Source of the DNA: Selaginella moellendorffii
Lineage: Eukaryota; Plantae; Lycopodiophyta
Reading direction: 5' to 3'
Length of the DNA stretch: 50,358 nt
NCBI RefSeq assembly: GCF_000143415.4
Contig: NW_003314467.1
Coordinates: 11,824 to 62,181, forward strand
The position numbers were made by a program, and so were the translations under genes. The notes beneath the pieces were generated by a model that was not told the origin of the DNA, did no database searches, and saw nothing but the letters and a program-made list of their open reading frames with translations. Of this stretch, positions 34,703 to 48,884 are shown one piece after another. How positions within the stretch are numbered: the stretch's first letter is position 1; every line of letters starts with the position of its first letter.

Positions 34703-35301
34703 CTCTCCCCCCTTTGGGGAAGATCGACGTCCTCGTCAATGCATACCCGAGTCTAGCAAACCATCAAGGAAACAACTCCAAAAGTTAACGGAAAGCACAC
34801 TATGTGGGAAACACACCGACTTAAATGAGTTAAGAAACGACCTCTCCTCTATGTCCAAAAATGTTAAGACTCAGACACCCTCCGGCCGTCGCCGACAAGA
34901 AAATGACTAACAGAGTTAGCCACCCTTGCTACTCTGAGTACCACTCAGCTTACAAAGGAATGATACATCCCTGCCCGTAGGGACATAGGGAGAAGGCCAA
35001 CTTCCCCTGAGCAAGAAATCAACCCCGTCGGGAAGATTTAGACAATTATTATAAACTGGCAGAGTAAGTTGTTTACACAACCATGCCCCTTGTCGAAAAT
35101 AGCCATCAAGAGAGAGGCAGGGACTTGTGATCAGTCTATAATAGTTATCCCCATGGTTATGGATTGGACCCATGCACCAAAGTGCCGAAGTCAGCTTGCC
35201 AAAACTGACCCAAGTACTAACGAACGAGAGAAATGACAATTTGATTTATAGAAATATATTACTTTATTAATTGGCAAGATTTATTACAATATTTACAAAA
35301 G

Positions 35302-36366
35302 CTAATCTTTATTACGATTCTCATATTTCGTGACAAGCTCACGAGCATGGGTAAGATTTCTAAGAGGTTCCCAAGTTGATTCACAAGTCGGGTAACCTTT
35401 CCACTTAACTAAATATTCCTTGGAACGACCACCACGAGCTTTGCGAGACAAGAGAGTTGCTTCGACCTCATACTCCATGTCACCATTCACAACTTCCGGA
35501 GGGGGATGAATGTCCATAGAGCGATCCGCATCAACACGATATGGTACCAGTAAACTGACATGAAACACATCATGTACAGTGGACAACTCATCCGGAAGAT
35601 CCAACTTATAGGATACATCACCAACTTGTGCCAATACCTGATAAGGGCCAACATATCTTGGCAAGAGCTTCTGAGACATAGAACCCTTAATGTTCAAGTT
35701 TCGGGAAGATAGCCACACCTGATCTCCCACTTGATAGGATACATCCCGATGATGCTGATCCTTATCATGTCGATACCTATCCTGAGCTTTGCCCATCGCC
35801 TCAGTAGCTCTAGACCAACCTTGGCATAGCTGCTCTACATAAGTTTCAACGGCTGGGACCAACACTTCGGGCTTTGGTTTCGATACAACGATCTGTTGAG
35901 GAACCCCACGAGCATTCCCTTGCAGCATCTTCCATGGAGAACAGCCTATAGCACTGTGAAATGTGTTGTTATAACAGATTTCTGCTGTATCCAAATGCTC
36001 AACCTAGTCGTGTTGGTCCGCCGCGACATAGTACCGCAGATAATCCTCAACTTGAGCATTCACGCGTTCGGTCTGCCCATCAGTTTGAGGATGATAAGCC
36101 GTACTAAACTTCAACTTGGTACCAAACAACTAGAACAGGGTTCCCCAAAACTTCCCCGTAAACCCTGAATCTTTATCTGAGATCATTTCTTCAGGAAGAC
36201 CACAAACTCGCACTACTTCATGGAAAAAGAGCTTTGCTGCTTGTTTCGCATTTACTGTTCTCACAGTTGGAATGAAGTGTGCAATCTTTGACAACCGATC
36301 CACAACCACCATCAAAGTATCATAACCCTTAGACTTCGGCAAACAAGTGACAAAATCAAGTGTCAC
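35302..36366 (-). pseudogene. Integrase core, GPY motif and chromodomain of element 2
   Basis: TLDFVTCLP...VVDRLSK...ISDKD...; RYVGPY; VFHVSLL; EYEVEATL...YLVKWKGYP...TWEP; in-frame TAG stops. Confidence 0.92.
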
Positions 36367-36414
36367 ACTTTGAAATGGCCATGCTGGTGCTGGAATGCAC
36401 TACAACTTTCCAGC

Positions 36415-38949
36415 CTACTTCTCAATTCTGCACTTACATTGTTGGCATATAGGGCAGCAACAGACATAATCTGCTACATCACCTTCCATACCAGACCAGA
36501 AAAATCCCTTTTTCAATGAAGCTAGAGTCTTTTGCTTCCCACCATGCCCCGCTACTAGAACATCATGATGTTCCCGCAGAAATAACTGTTGAAGATCCTT
36601 AGAGGGAAGATACAATCTTTCTTGCTTATAGTATATAAGCCCATCCCGAACTGAGAAGTGAAGCTTCACATTAGTGCGACTAGCAACTTTTGCTACTTCG
36701 CTACTAGGGCTCTGCTTCAACAACCCCGCACGGCATAAGATTGCCTTCGCTAATGGATCACTTCCATACGAAGCCCGAATGTCTTCCAACCAGTCCGAAC
36801 TGATTGCCGATATTGCCCGGAATTGAGCTTGACGACTCAACGCATCCGGAACAATATTGTCTTTACCAGGTTTATATATGATTTCAATATCATATCTAGC
36901 AAGCTTCTCTTGCCAACGAGCTTGCTTCGGCGTAAGTTTAGGCTGCATAGCAAAGTAGCTTAGTGTGTTACTATCCGTATAAACCTTGGTATGTCCACCC
37001 AAGTAGTGTCTCCAGTGTTCTAGGGCCGACACTATAGCAAACATCTCTTTCTCATGCGTTGGCCATCTTCGTTGGGTCTCATCCAATTTCTTGGAATAGA
37101 ACGCAACGGGACAACCATGTCACTTTAGCGTAACACCAACCGCTTTGTCACAATCTTGTTGTAACACGGCACCAATAGCATAACCAGATGCATCACAATG
37201 CACTTCGAAGGGTTTATCAAGATCTGGGATCCTGAGAACAGGAACCGTAGTCAAGATCTCCTTCAATCGTACAAAAGCACGCTGACAAGCTGGTGTCCAA
37301 TGAAATGAAATATTACTCTTTGTCAACTCAGTCAACAGAAGAGCAATTCTTGCAAAATTGCGGACAAACTTGCGATAGTATCCTGCCAAACCGAGAAATG
37401 AACGAACATCTGATACAGTGGTCGGGACTTCCCAGGACTTCACTGCTTCCACCTTCTTTGGATCGACCTCAATCACGCCACCACCAACTATATGTCCAAG
37501 AAAGTTTACGCGCAATTGTCCAAAAGCGCATTTACTTTCCTTAGCATACAGTTTGTGTTCATGCAACTTTTGAAACACCAGCTCCAAGTGTTTCAAATGA
37601 TCCTCTAACATTTCACTAAAGACTAGAACATCGTCGATATACAGGACAACAAATGCATCCAAATAATCTCCGAATATTCTATCCATCATAGTGCTGAACG
37701 TTGCCGGAGCATTGTATAACCCGAATGGCATGACAAGGAACTCATAAGATCCGTATCAAGTCTTAAAGGCTGTCTTCTCCACATCCTGATCCGCCACCCG
37801 TATCTGATGATACCCCAAATCAAGTCGCGTAAAATACTTAGCCTTTAAGAGTTGGTCAAACAAGTCATCAATGCGAGGCAAAGGATAACTGTTCTTGACC
37901 GTGATCTTATTGAGTGCCCAATAGTCAATACACATCCTCATGGTTCCATCCTTTTTCATAACAAAAAGGACCGGCGCTCCATAAGATGACTTGCTTGGTC
38001 TGATATGACCTTTGTCAAGAAGCTCCGTGAGTTGCTTCTTGAGTTCAGCCATCTCCTTGATGTTCAACTGATATGGAGCTTTTGTAGGTGGTTTAGAACT
38101 TGGAATAACCTCAATCCGATGATCAACCTCCTGGCTAGGAGGTAGCCCTGGCGGCAAATCCTTCGGAAAGATATCCTGATTCCTCGCCAACAACTCCAAT
38201 ATCCTCTTTGGTACAGGATCAACCCTATCGCTGATTTGAACCGAGTCACCAACACCCTCAGCATCCATCACTTGAACCCAAAAAGTCTGACATCCCCTCT
38301 TAGCTACTTTTTGAGCGGCCCTCGCAGTCAGGAACTTTGCATCCCAATCCTTTGAGGAATGCTTTTGCAACTGAAAGGATACATCAGGATGTCCTTCTGA
38401 CTTCAATGTGATACGACTTTGTCTAGCACCATAAATCCCTTTTATATACTTGTTGAAGAAATCCATACCAAACACCATCTGAAAATCTGGTATCTTCAAC
38501 ACTACCAAGTCCACTCTTTCTTTCCACTTGGATATCTTTATTGGAACATCACTCACAAACTTTCTGGCTACTTGCCCACCTTCCGCAAACCGGAAGTGCA
38601 TAGGTGACATTTGCTCAGCATTTAATCCTAACAACTTAACTAAGTCTTCGGATATCACACTGTGCGTAGCTCCCGTGTCAATCATCACTCGGATTCGGTG
38701 TCCACGGACAAAGCCTACCAAATACATCAACGGATCAGTGTTTGCATTGACTGCAAGAAAAGCTTGAGGAAAGCAATGAAAGTTACTCACCTCTTCTTCC
38801 TCATAGTCTGCATTGACCAACTCGTCAACCCCTTCAGCTTCACCACCACCGTCTTCCCTCATGACATTAACGCGAGACCTTGTCTTATGCTTGTTAGGAC
38901 ATTCCAAGGACCTATGTCCCGACTCTCCACAATGGAAGCAATGACCCAC
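36415..38949 (-). pseudogene. Zinc knuckle, protease, RT, RNase H and integrase Zn-finger of element 2
   Basis: [53 protein letters not shown]...GHGG...CPICQ. Confidence 0.93.
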
Positions 38950-38985
38950 ACTACCCGTTCCACTAGGAGCAGGTTTTGTAAGTTG

Positions 38986-39720
38986 CTACTGCTTGTACCC
39001 ACCAGGAGGAGGAACAGAGGGCCTAGGACCAGAAGAAGCTGCTAGTGGTCTCCAACCACCACCACCTTTGTTTACCGTAGCTTGTGAGCCCCCAGGGCAG
39101 TACCTACTTTCCACCCTTTGTTTCCGATCACCTTGCTTATTCCCAGAATTTCTATTCTTATCTGAGTTACCAGCATGCAGTTGCTGATATTGTTCCATGA
39201 GCGAGTGACTAAAGGCAACTTGTTGTGCTGCCTCCTTACACTCCAGGTATGTCTTCGGCTTAAACTTCAAAATCTCATTGCGAGAAAATGAACTTAAACC
39301 CTCCAGAAAATAACTCTGAGCATCTTCGTCACTCATATTTGCAATCATAATGCGCTTCTGAGCAAACGCATTAACGTAATTAATAAGGTCCGCTCGCTGC
39401 TTTAACCGTCGCAGCTCCCCGCAAAGTCTTAGACCAAGATCATCTGGCAAGTATTCCTTACGGATACGAGACCGCATCTTGGTCCAACTTTTAGTCTGCC
39501 CTTTTTCAGCACACACCTGGCGCCACCAAGTTTTGGCATGATCAGTGAGAAAGGATTGCGTGCACTCAACTTTCATACGATCATCTACGTCTGCCGCTAT
39601 GAAATAGTTTTCCATATCGTAGACCCAGTCCTCCAAAACTTGATAGTCCCGCATGCCTCTGAAATTGGGTGGTTTCGGATGCTTGAACTTTGAAACTCGT
39701 GCAACCGGGGGTGGCTGTAG
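38986..39720 (-). pseudogene. gag of element 2
   Basis: PKPPNFRG...LEDWVYDMENYF...AKTWWR...; homologous to element 1 gag. Confidence 0.88.
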
Positions 39721-39745
39721 AACTTCATCGTCCTCTAATACCAAA

Positions 39746-40646
39746 TGTAGCACACCTGAATTTTGAGCTGAACTCCAAGCCCGTTGTGCCACGAACGAGG
39801 GTCCAGTACAATCCCACGAGCACCAGCTCCCTGTATCCAGCACCTACATGCAAAATGGTGTCAGATGGAGTCTGGCACAATTTTGGCATACTGGTGGCCT
39901 AACGCGAGGAGGAGGGTACTCCACCGACTAGAGCAGCATGGAGCTTGGGCTTAGACCCAAGCCGGACGCAGAACAAGGAGCGACACAGCCCAGTGGGAGC
40001 CAAACTAATGTCTCAGGTGGTCGGACATGCATTCCAACCACTATCTCTACTATACATTTGGAACCCCCATAGCCCACCCCCCTTGAGGGACACACGCTTT
40101 GGGCTTTCACCCAAAGCCTCCCTTAGTACCAAGAGTTAGTCCGAAACTTACTAAATATGGAATGGCACTAGATTGTGACTTGGACACGGGACGAACACCA
40201 TTGTGTTCAGGCTAATCTCTACATTTTGTAGATATGCCAAATGAGCAAATCTAGACACTTTCCATAAATAGCACTTGGGACCGAAATGAGACTAACACAA
40301 AGGGTATGATAGCGAGGGTGTTTGGCAGACACAGTAAGCTATCATTTAGCGAATATTGAGGGACTAGTCTCAATATCGCGGGGGTTCTTGATACTAGCAA
40401 ATGCAAGTCAATAACACGAGTTTCTCAAACCGGGCCGAGTATGCTCAGCAAGAAACACATAGGGTTCCTACCTTATGTTTATCCAATTTAAGTGCAAGGT
40501 CATTGACCAGTTTTTCAGCTAGCTCAAGTGGGAACGATAAAGGGAACCAACTGTACTGACCTCCTGCCGTCATGGCAGTAAGGAAAGAGTGCCTGTAAGG
40601 ACTGGTCAACAAGTATCTTTCAATACCCGAAGTCACATTTGCGACA
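39746..40646 (-). repeat. 5' LTR of Gypsy element 2 (901 bp)
   Basis: TGTAGC...GCGACA; adjacent PBS. Confidence 0.92.
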
Positions 40647-43600
40647 GCTTGCAATTCCTATCCATGTTACAGACAAAGTCTTTCTTCCAAGTGCTCATGA
40701 ATGTGTTATTAATGTATTGAATAGAAATGATTTTCTTGTTCCTCCTACACCATCAATAAAAAATATTTGTGGTTCATTTTTATCATCTAATGCTTTACAT
40801 ACTTTGTCAAAGACATATTGCTAGTCTTTATTCAGTAATAATTTATTTTTTTCAATATCTTGGTATTCAAACATTTCATTCTCATACGTGTTATTTCTTT
40901 CTTTATTATTTTTTGGATATGTAATACATAGTATAGTAATATCATAATCTATAAGGCATTTCCCATGTTGTTCTAGTAAAAGAGACAATTCTTGAAGTGC
41001 ATGTGCATATGCTACATTCTTATCATTGTATTTACGTATTAAATTCTCACACATATCTACTTTATATTTATTCCATAATTTTTTAGGATCATTAATCTCA
41101 CAAAAGAGACACATTATTCCAAATAAATATCTAACTTAAAAAGGCATTTGAAATGTGAGAGACTCCTCTAGACATCTATCCCATTCTTGGTCATCCTGTA
41201 ATAATCCCATCGTTTGTGCAACTTCTCAATAACTATCATATTGTATGTTTTTCCAATTACGTAAATGTTTAAAACTTGTTGCACCTTTATTATACAACAA
41301 TAATAAATGCATATAAAATCATTCACTATCTTTTGGTGGTACAGTGTACATTCTATCTATAGCTTTCCAACCTCCTTGTCTTTTTACCCATGTTTTAGTT
41401 TTTGCATTCCAAATATACCATTCTGGAATTTCTGGATATGTCAATATTTTAGCAAATTCATCTCTTTTATTCAATTCAAACCATTCAGTAAGTTTTATTC
41501 TATGACCTTTCTCTAATGCAATTTCTTCTTCACCCTCATTAAAGTAAACACTTTTCAAATTTAATAAGTGCACATCTAATCTTTCAATTGAATGTGATCT
41601 CCCATGTAAATCATATCCAAATAACCTCCACATTCCTTCAGTAGCTGATATATAACAGCAATTTTTGAATGCATTTATTTCATTCCAATCAAGAATCTCT
41701 ATCTCTATGTTTCCTTCTTTGTGAAAGTGTAGCTCTACACAATCATGACCTTTATATATGTATTTAAAAATATACTTCACACTTTTCACGGTTAAGCAAA
41801 CCTCTACATTAATATGAATTTTATATTTACTCAAAAGATACTTACTATAAGGAACAACAAACCTATTGTCAATTTCATTATTTTTAATGTAGATTTTATG
41901 ACTATCATAACGTTTTTTATACTCTGGGAATTGGCCACTAATATTTTTTTGTCTCTTCACAGTAATCTCGTGGATATCAAGATTTACATTCTCCTTTTTT
42001 GTAATATAAACTTTCAAGAAATCCAGGACCACATGGACCATGTATCATATGTCTTTTCACAAGTTCATACAATTTAGGATCACTGTTTGGGTTTGGTATT
42101 TTTACACTAACAATGTTGTCTACATCATCTATGATTTTGATTTTATTCTCATTTTTAAGAATGACAAGTAGATGACAATGTGGTAGCCCTCATTTTTGGT
42201 ACTCAATAACATACATATCTGCATTAACTTTTTCAAATATTTTTTCTTTGTATATGTCATTTATAAGATTTTGTTTTTTAGCATAGAAAACATATGCTAC
42301 CAAATCTGATCTGTCTAAAGAACTGTGTCCTGGTAATAAATTCTCAGTTATCTCTTGCCATTTTGGGTTACACGTCATTATAATAAATAAATCAGGTTTT
42401 CCATATTTTCTTACTAAGCTCATAGCATCTTGATAATTTTGATTCATATTTCTTGGTCCGCTGATAAATCCTGATGGCAAAATCACAAGTTTTCCAACAT
42501 ATCCCTTGTTGTTCTGCTCTATTAATAACAAAATCAAAAAGATCTGTATGCTTCGGCTCTTAATTCACGTTGATGATTTTTTATCCAATCGAGACAACCA
42601 CCCTCTACTTTAGTGTACATGTCAACCATATATTGTTGGAATAATTTTCCACCCATTAAAACTGAATTAAATTCAATAATCTTAAAACTATCTCTTATCA
42701 AACCACAAATAGCAAACTTGTAGCGATAATACTCTATCATTGTTATCTTAATTCTTTTTAAAGACAAACCCTTGTCTGTGTATTTTAAATCTGGTGACTA
42801 GCTTTCATTTCCATTTGAAGAAAATAGTGGATATACCATTGGATCACAACATGATGTCACAATTGATATTTCTTGCATACTTTCACCTTTTGGATGCATT
42901 GCAATACTACGATTAAATGGAGGGGGTTTGTAAACATTGCAGCAATTTCATTTGAATTTGGTGCACTATGTCTTCTTGGATCTATTGTATTTTCACCTTT
43001 AATATACATTACAATATTATGTAGTCCATTATTTATATTTGAACTTGTCATATGAAGCTCATCTTCCACATCTTTTAGCATTTTAAATGCCTTTGCATAT
43101 GGATTAATTTCTCGTAATAAAGCATCTAATTCATTCATTAGTCCTGTATCATATTTACTATTATATTTACTTTTCATTCTTTTTTCTGTAGCTTCTAGTG
43201 TGTCTAAAATATAAAGTTGAGAATATTTTGCATCATGACCTTACTTAGGATGGAAACTGCCAATTGAATGGTATACTTGTCTATGAAATTTGAAATAATA
43301 TGGTCCATTGCCAATCATTTCATCAATATTTGCCCCTATAGATGCAAATGCCAAAGCACTATTATAATTTCAAATTAATTCTTTAAATTTTCCTTGTTGA
43401 TCTGTTCCATCTAATAATTTACGAATCAGTTCAGGGAACTCAATTTGTTTTTCTATAGACACACGTTCACCATGACAGCATTGTGATTGTGTTTCTGAAG
43501 CAAAAAGAAAAGCTTTACAATTATCCATGAGTCCAATATAATCTGCTTTACATTTACCATCTATGTTGTTTTGCAAGAGTCCTAAATGTTTAGTGTTTTC

Positions 43601-43765
43601 CATGCTTTCTGTTCCATTTCCAGGATTTACTTCATTAACAGGTAGGGTGATAAATTCAGCAGCGTTTCTAGAAGTGTTTTCTATGGGTATCAATCTTGGA
43701 ATTGTTGGGGGTTCTTCAAAGGATACCAGGTTTCTCACACTTACATCCATGCTTTTATTCATATA
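40647..43765 (-). mobile_element. Helitron remnant B: Rep (HUH) pseudogene through helicase motif I, cut by the Gypsy insertion
   Basis: LREINPYAKAFK, GKLFQQYMVDMY, ILPSGFISGPRNM...YQDAM...GKPDLFIIMTCNPKW, VIEYQK*GLPHCH, HGPCG, VVPYSKYL...HINVE, FIDGVGGT.KSFL. Confidence 0.93.
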
Positions 43766-44659
43766 AGAGATGAATTCAAACTTGCTGAAATTTTTTTTAT
43801 TATACAGCCTTCATGTAAAATTAGATCATATGTTTTCCTCTTTCTTTTGCCACCCATTGATCTATAGGAGATTTTACAATCTCTTTTAGAAAATAGAAGC
43901 TTAGACAGCGTGTGCAGGCTCTAGATGGTGAAAATAAGTAAATAGACTAATAGCCAAACCACAAGAAAATAGAAGCACACTGAAACAAAGTGCTGACAGA
44001 GGCACAGCTCCTTAATATGATGCTTGGGGTCCCTATATTTTGGAGCAGAACAACACTACAAAGCAGGGGAAAACAAAGCTCAGAAAACACAGAAACAAAA
44101 TTACCTCTTGACAAATGCGTAAGGCAACCTAATTGTGCAGTCCTTTTTTCTGTGATTCGAAACAGTTTTTCTTAGCCTACATGTCTATTTAGTTACACTC
44201 TCAAAAAGCCTTTGACAGTAAAGAGTTTTACCACAGCTTTTTAAGGTTTTATTATGATTCATAACAATTCATAGATCATTGGATTGTTAGTCACTTGAGA
44301 ATTCACAGATAATTGGTTTGTGAGTTGTTTGAGGATTGCGTCGCTCAGAAATCATTGGATTGTGAGTTGTTTGTGGATTGTGGAGCTCACAGATCAATTG
44401 GGATTGTAAGTTATTTGATGTTAGATATCATGGCTAGGTTTGAGATTTGCCAGGAGACTGTTAGAGAAAGACTGAGCTGGGCAAATAGATTAGCTGAGTA
44501 TGTGCACCCTAGATGTGGCACTTTATGAGTTGTGCACCTAGAGTGATGGTCACATTGCAGGATGTGTCAAAATGTCGCTGAACAACCTGTGTATGGAAAT
44601 TACTGCAGAACGGGCTCCTAGAGGAAGTGAACTGGAGTTTCGTTGCCTGGGACATGATT

Positions 44660-44890
44660 GTGGTAGGGTGAATCTCTTTTGGCAAGATGGCCGGGAAAAA
44701 ACTCAGTATCATGCCTCTCTATGATGGCACGATGGCAAGCTCGAGCAGGCAAAGTACAAGATGCCCATGTAAATGATGTGAAACTCCATGGTGGTGGGCT
44801 TTGCTCTCTAGACAAGGACGGGAAGCTCTAGAGCTCTTCCATGCCATGGCCTTGAAATAGGAGGAGATCGCTTTCGTGAACGTGTGGCAG
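44660..44890 (+). pseudogene. Pentatricopeptide-repeat (PLS-type) gene debris
   Basis: Frameshifted pieces GKLEQAK, NSMVVGFA, QGREALELFHAMAL, EIAFVNV. Confidence 0.5.
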
Positions 44891-47663
44891 TACTTGGAAT
44901 CTGCAACCATGGCTTGAATCTTACTGCAGATCGCTTCAGCAGCATGTGTTTGCAAGGGCCGGGAAGCTGAAGGATTCCAAGGGGATGCTGGGCAAGAGGA
45001 GTGAGGGCGTGTGAGAGAGTCTGCTGGGAGCTTGTCGAATGTACTGGGATCTAAGCACTGCCTTGCAGACGGCACAGGAGTTTGGTGGTTGAAACAAGGA
45101 TCTTTTTTCATATATAATGCTTGCAAAAGGGGCAGTTAAGTTTTTGAAGTGTTTTGTAAAATTGGGAGAATGTTTTGATATATTTGAGTGTGTATTTCTT
45201 TAAAAGGAGTGGAAGCTTTAAAGACACAGCTTTTCAAAACTTGGTTTTTTTTTTCTTTCTTTCTTTCTATTCTTGTTTTCATCTCTCATTTTTCAAAACA
45301 TCTATTTGCGATTTACCTGAAAATCAAAGGCCTACATATGAATGAATGAGTGTTTTGGAAGTTAGCTGTATAATTCTCTTGTGCTATTTGACACATTCCT
45401 TGTCGCCATTCCAATGGGGCTTTTGCAAATGCAGGAGGTAAGCTGTAGATGTGTGTCTGACCTCATCTCCAGATAATGTAAATGGCAGAGAATATTTTTT
45501 TTTTATGTGTGTCTGCTCTTGGATCCAATGCTTGTGAAGGCGCTTGCGTTCTTCTTGCTCATCTGTCTCACGCTCACTGAATAATCATCCTCTGCCCCCT
45601 TAAGAACGCCTTAGCAGTCGATCCACACAACAAAACAAAGACGGCACTACAGTATACCTGTCAGGTAAAACAAGGGTGAGTCAGCTTTCATCCATCAGTT
45701 AAGCTCTTAGTGATTGAGCTGAGCTCTTGTTATCTCAATTTTGCAACAGCATAGTGAAAAAGGGAAAGGGAAAGTGTAGTACCTGAATGAAGGTGTGTCT
45801 GTCTGCTGTGTGTTTTTATTGCCTATCTCCTTTTCTTTGTTTTGTAGTTTCTCTTTCCCTTGTTGGTGGTCACCTGATTGGATCAAAGAGCTCATTTTCA
45901 TGGAGTTGTTTGGCGTGTTTGCTATTTGCTGCATGTGTGCTACAGCTGGCTGGTATATGAGAGCTGCTGGTATAACGTATTTAGCTTACTTTCCACTCAT
46001 TACAGAGCTTGTCCTAGGCGGAGCTTCAGGTCTACATTCAGGTCAACAAGTACCTAATGGCAGTGTTGAGAGCTTGTGGTTTTCACCTCCAGCTGCTTAA
46101 ATTGAGCGCACCCGAACATTTGTGATTTGTTTGTTAAAAAAAGGTACTGTGGTGGAGTCCTCCTGATCGTCCGCTTAGCCCTAGCCATCTCTACCTAGCA
46201 ACGAACTTAAATAGTTCTCATAAGTTGCTAAATTAAGCCCACCTTTTATCATATTCACTCTTCAATGTTCTTGTACCGCATCAAAGGTGTCATTATAAAC
46301 CCTGGAGGAACAGCGTTGGCTGTGATGTCAACTCCTTCGGCCTAATCAGCGAAAGAGAAAGCATTGGCGAAAGAGAAAGGTGGGAGAGATTTCAAAGCAT
46401 TAAACGAATACCTTGAATCTCATTGCCATCAAAGGTGTNNNNNNNNNNNNNNNNNNNNNNNNNNNNNNNNNNNNNNNNNNNNNNNNNNNNNNNNNNNNNN
46501 NNNNNNNNNNNNNNNNNNNNNNNNNNNNNNNNNNNNNNNNNNNNNNNNNNNNNNNNNNNNNNNNNNNNNNNNNNNNNNNNNNNNNNNNNNNNNNNNNNNN
46601 NNNNNNNNNNNNNNNNNNNNNNNNNNNNNNNNNNNNNNNNNNNNNNNNNNNNNNNNNNNNNNNNNNNNNNNNNNNNNNNNNNNNNNNNNNNNNNNNNNNN
46701 NNNNNNNNNNNNNNNNNNNNNNNNNNNNNNNNNNNNNNNNNNNNNNNNNNNNNNNNNNNNNNNNNNNNNNNNNNNNNNNNNNNNNNNNNNNNNNNNNNNN
46801 NNNNNNNNNNNNNNNNNNNNNNNNNNNNNNNNNNNNNNNNNNNNNNNNNNNNNNNNNNNNNNNNNNNNNNNNNNNNNNNNNNNNNNNNNNNNNNNNNNNN
46901 NNNNNNNNNNNNNNNNNNNNNNNNNNNNNNNNNNNNNNNNNNNNNNNNNNNNNNNNNNNNNNNNNNNNNNNNNNNNNNNNNNNNNNNNNNNNNNNNNNNN
47001 NNNNNNNNNNNNNNNNNNNNNNNNNNNNNNNNNNNNNNNNNNNNNNNNNNNNNNNNNNNNNNNNNNNNNNNNNNNNNNNNNNNNNNNNNNNNNNNNNNNN
47101 NNNNNNNNNNNNNNNNCATCACAATCAAACCACACCTTTGATCACCACCTTCATCATAGAAATGAAAATCCATGAGATGATCCAACTATAGTGGCTTGGA
47201 GTTACCTGCGTTGAGCTTAGAGATTTCAAGATCTTGGCAGCTGCCATAAGAGCGAGCAATCCACTGTCGTCATGACCAACGAGCACGACCGATGAGAATT
47301 TTAGTTGACAACAGGAAAAAATCTTTTTTTTTTCTAGACGACAGTGAATAGAACACTCACTTATGACTGGTGCTCGTGAGGATTGGGAAGACCATCTTTG
47401 TCACGGCCACCATTTTTGCACGGCCGGCTCGTCAGTCCCCAGCCAGTCCGATCAAACGCAGCAAATAGAAAATTTCAGCACAGAGAGAGAGAGAGAGGGC
47501 TCACAATCTGCCCAATCGCCCTAAAATTTTTCACTTGATTTGGATCGTCATTAAAAAATTGAAGCGTTGCCACCCCTTTGGCACTTGATCTATGCCATCT
47601 ATTTTAAGTTTTTGTATTTGAATCGTTAGATTATAAGCATAATCACAAATAATATTTTAAAAA

Positions 47664-48368
47664 CTAGCAGGAAATCCAGCTCTGCTGGAATAGATAGAAC
47701 ATCTTTTACATAGGTGACATGAATCCTAGAGAATTAGTTGTTTCTTTTCATCATCCAGTAGTGATGATATGTATCTTTCACATCTTTGTCTGAAATTCAT
47801 AATTGTCATTTTAGTGTAGAGATTGATAGTTATACCTTGGAGATCATCAATATCCACAAATACTTTTTATGACAATGGAACATTGTCTGTGTATATACCC
47901 TTTCTTTTATTGGTAACAAAAGTAATATAAGCAGATGGTCCCTCATATCCCATATTGTTGCAATTATTATCACTGTATAGGAAGCTATTACAGAAATTTA
48001 AAATTATAAAAAGAATTCTAATCAAAATCTTTTATGTATAACTTGCAAGAGGTGTTCTAGTCATTAAAGATTAAGTGTTCTTTCAAATACTTATTTATTA
48101 CGTGTGGGATCTACAAAATTTGCTTCTAAAACTCCTAAACCATCAGAATTAAAAATGTTAGAAAGTACTAAAATAAGTAACAAAACTTTGCCAGAACACC
48201 ATATTTTTGCTTATTTGATGAATTCCATATTCGCCAGAATAACATATCTTTTATCCCCTACCAATCACACCAGAATCTTAATCTCTCAAATTTTAGAAAT
48301 AATCATCCCCTATATGCTATTTTCATAGTCCTGAAGTGCCAAACTTGAAGCACAATACTGAATTGAAA
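47664..48368 (-). mobile_element. Non-autonomous Helitron, 3' part (runs into gap)
   Basis: CTAG|T terminus at 47664-47667 with hairpin TCCAGC-TCT-GCTGGA (47675-47689); first ~70 bp homologous to the Helitron A end; remainder homologous to 3512-3614 + 11355-11509 + 13445-13793. Confidence 0.85.
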
Positions 48369-48858
48369 NNNNNNNNNNNNNNNNNNNNNNNNNNNNNNNN
48401 NNNNNNNNNNNNNNNNNNNNNNNNNNNNNNNNNNNNNNNNNNNNNNNNNNNNNNNNNNNNNNNNNNNNNNNNNNNNNNNNNNNNNNNNNNNNNNNNNNNN
48501 NNNNNNNNNNNNNNNNNNNNNNNNNNNNNNNNNNNNNNNNNNNNNNNNNNNNNNNNNNNNNNNNNNNNNNNNNNNNNNNNNNNNNNNNNNNNNNNNNNNN
48601 NNNNNNNNNNNNNNNNNNNNNNNNNNNNNNNNNNNNNNNNNNNNNNNNNNNNNNNNNNNNNNNNNNNNNNNNNNNNNNNNNNNNNNNNNNNNNNNNNNNN
48701 NNNNNNNNNNNNNNNNNNNNNNNNNNNNNNNNNNNNNNNNNGCATGTATGGAATGAGAACTTTAGGAGTTTAGACCATATTGGTGAGGATTACCTGTTCT
48801 TAAAAGAGCTTGCCACACACAAACCATTCAAAATAGTGTCAAATCCTCACCAATATGG

Positions 48859-48884
48859 TAAACCCTAAACCCTAAACCCTAAAC
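48859..48884 (+). repeat. Short (CCCTAAA)n telomere-type tract
   Basis: TAAACCCTAAACCCTAAACCCTAAAC. Confidence 0.85.

Larger units (their letters stand above)
33842..40646 (-). mobile_element. Ty3/Gypsy chromovirus-type LTR retrotransposon 2 (degenerate, left LTR truncated)
   Basis: LTRs 33842-34702 and 39746-40646; PBS-like TGGTATTAGAG at ~39733-39743; PPT at 34703; gag-PR-RT-RH-INT-chromodomain ORFs. Confidence 0.94.

Noticed and set aside
29756-43765. Helitron A and B as one element split by the Gypsy insertion
   Set aside because: Both contain the same RSHSIERLD-to-Walker A region in diverged form, so they are separate copies.
46364-47191. Long ORFs of 240-275 aa (also 48323-48773 and 25582-26029)
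   Set aside because: Artefacts of N-gaps.
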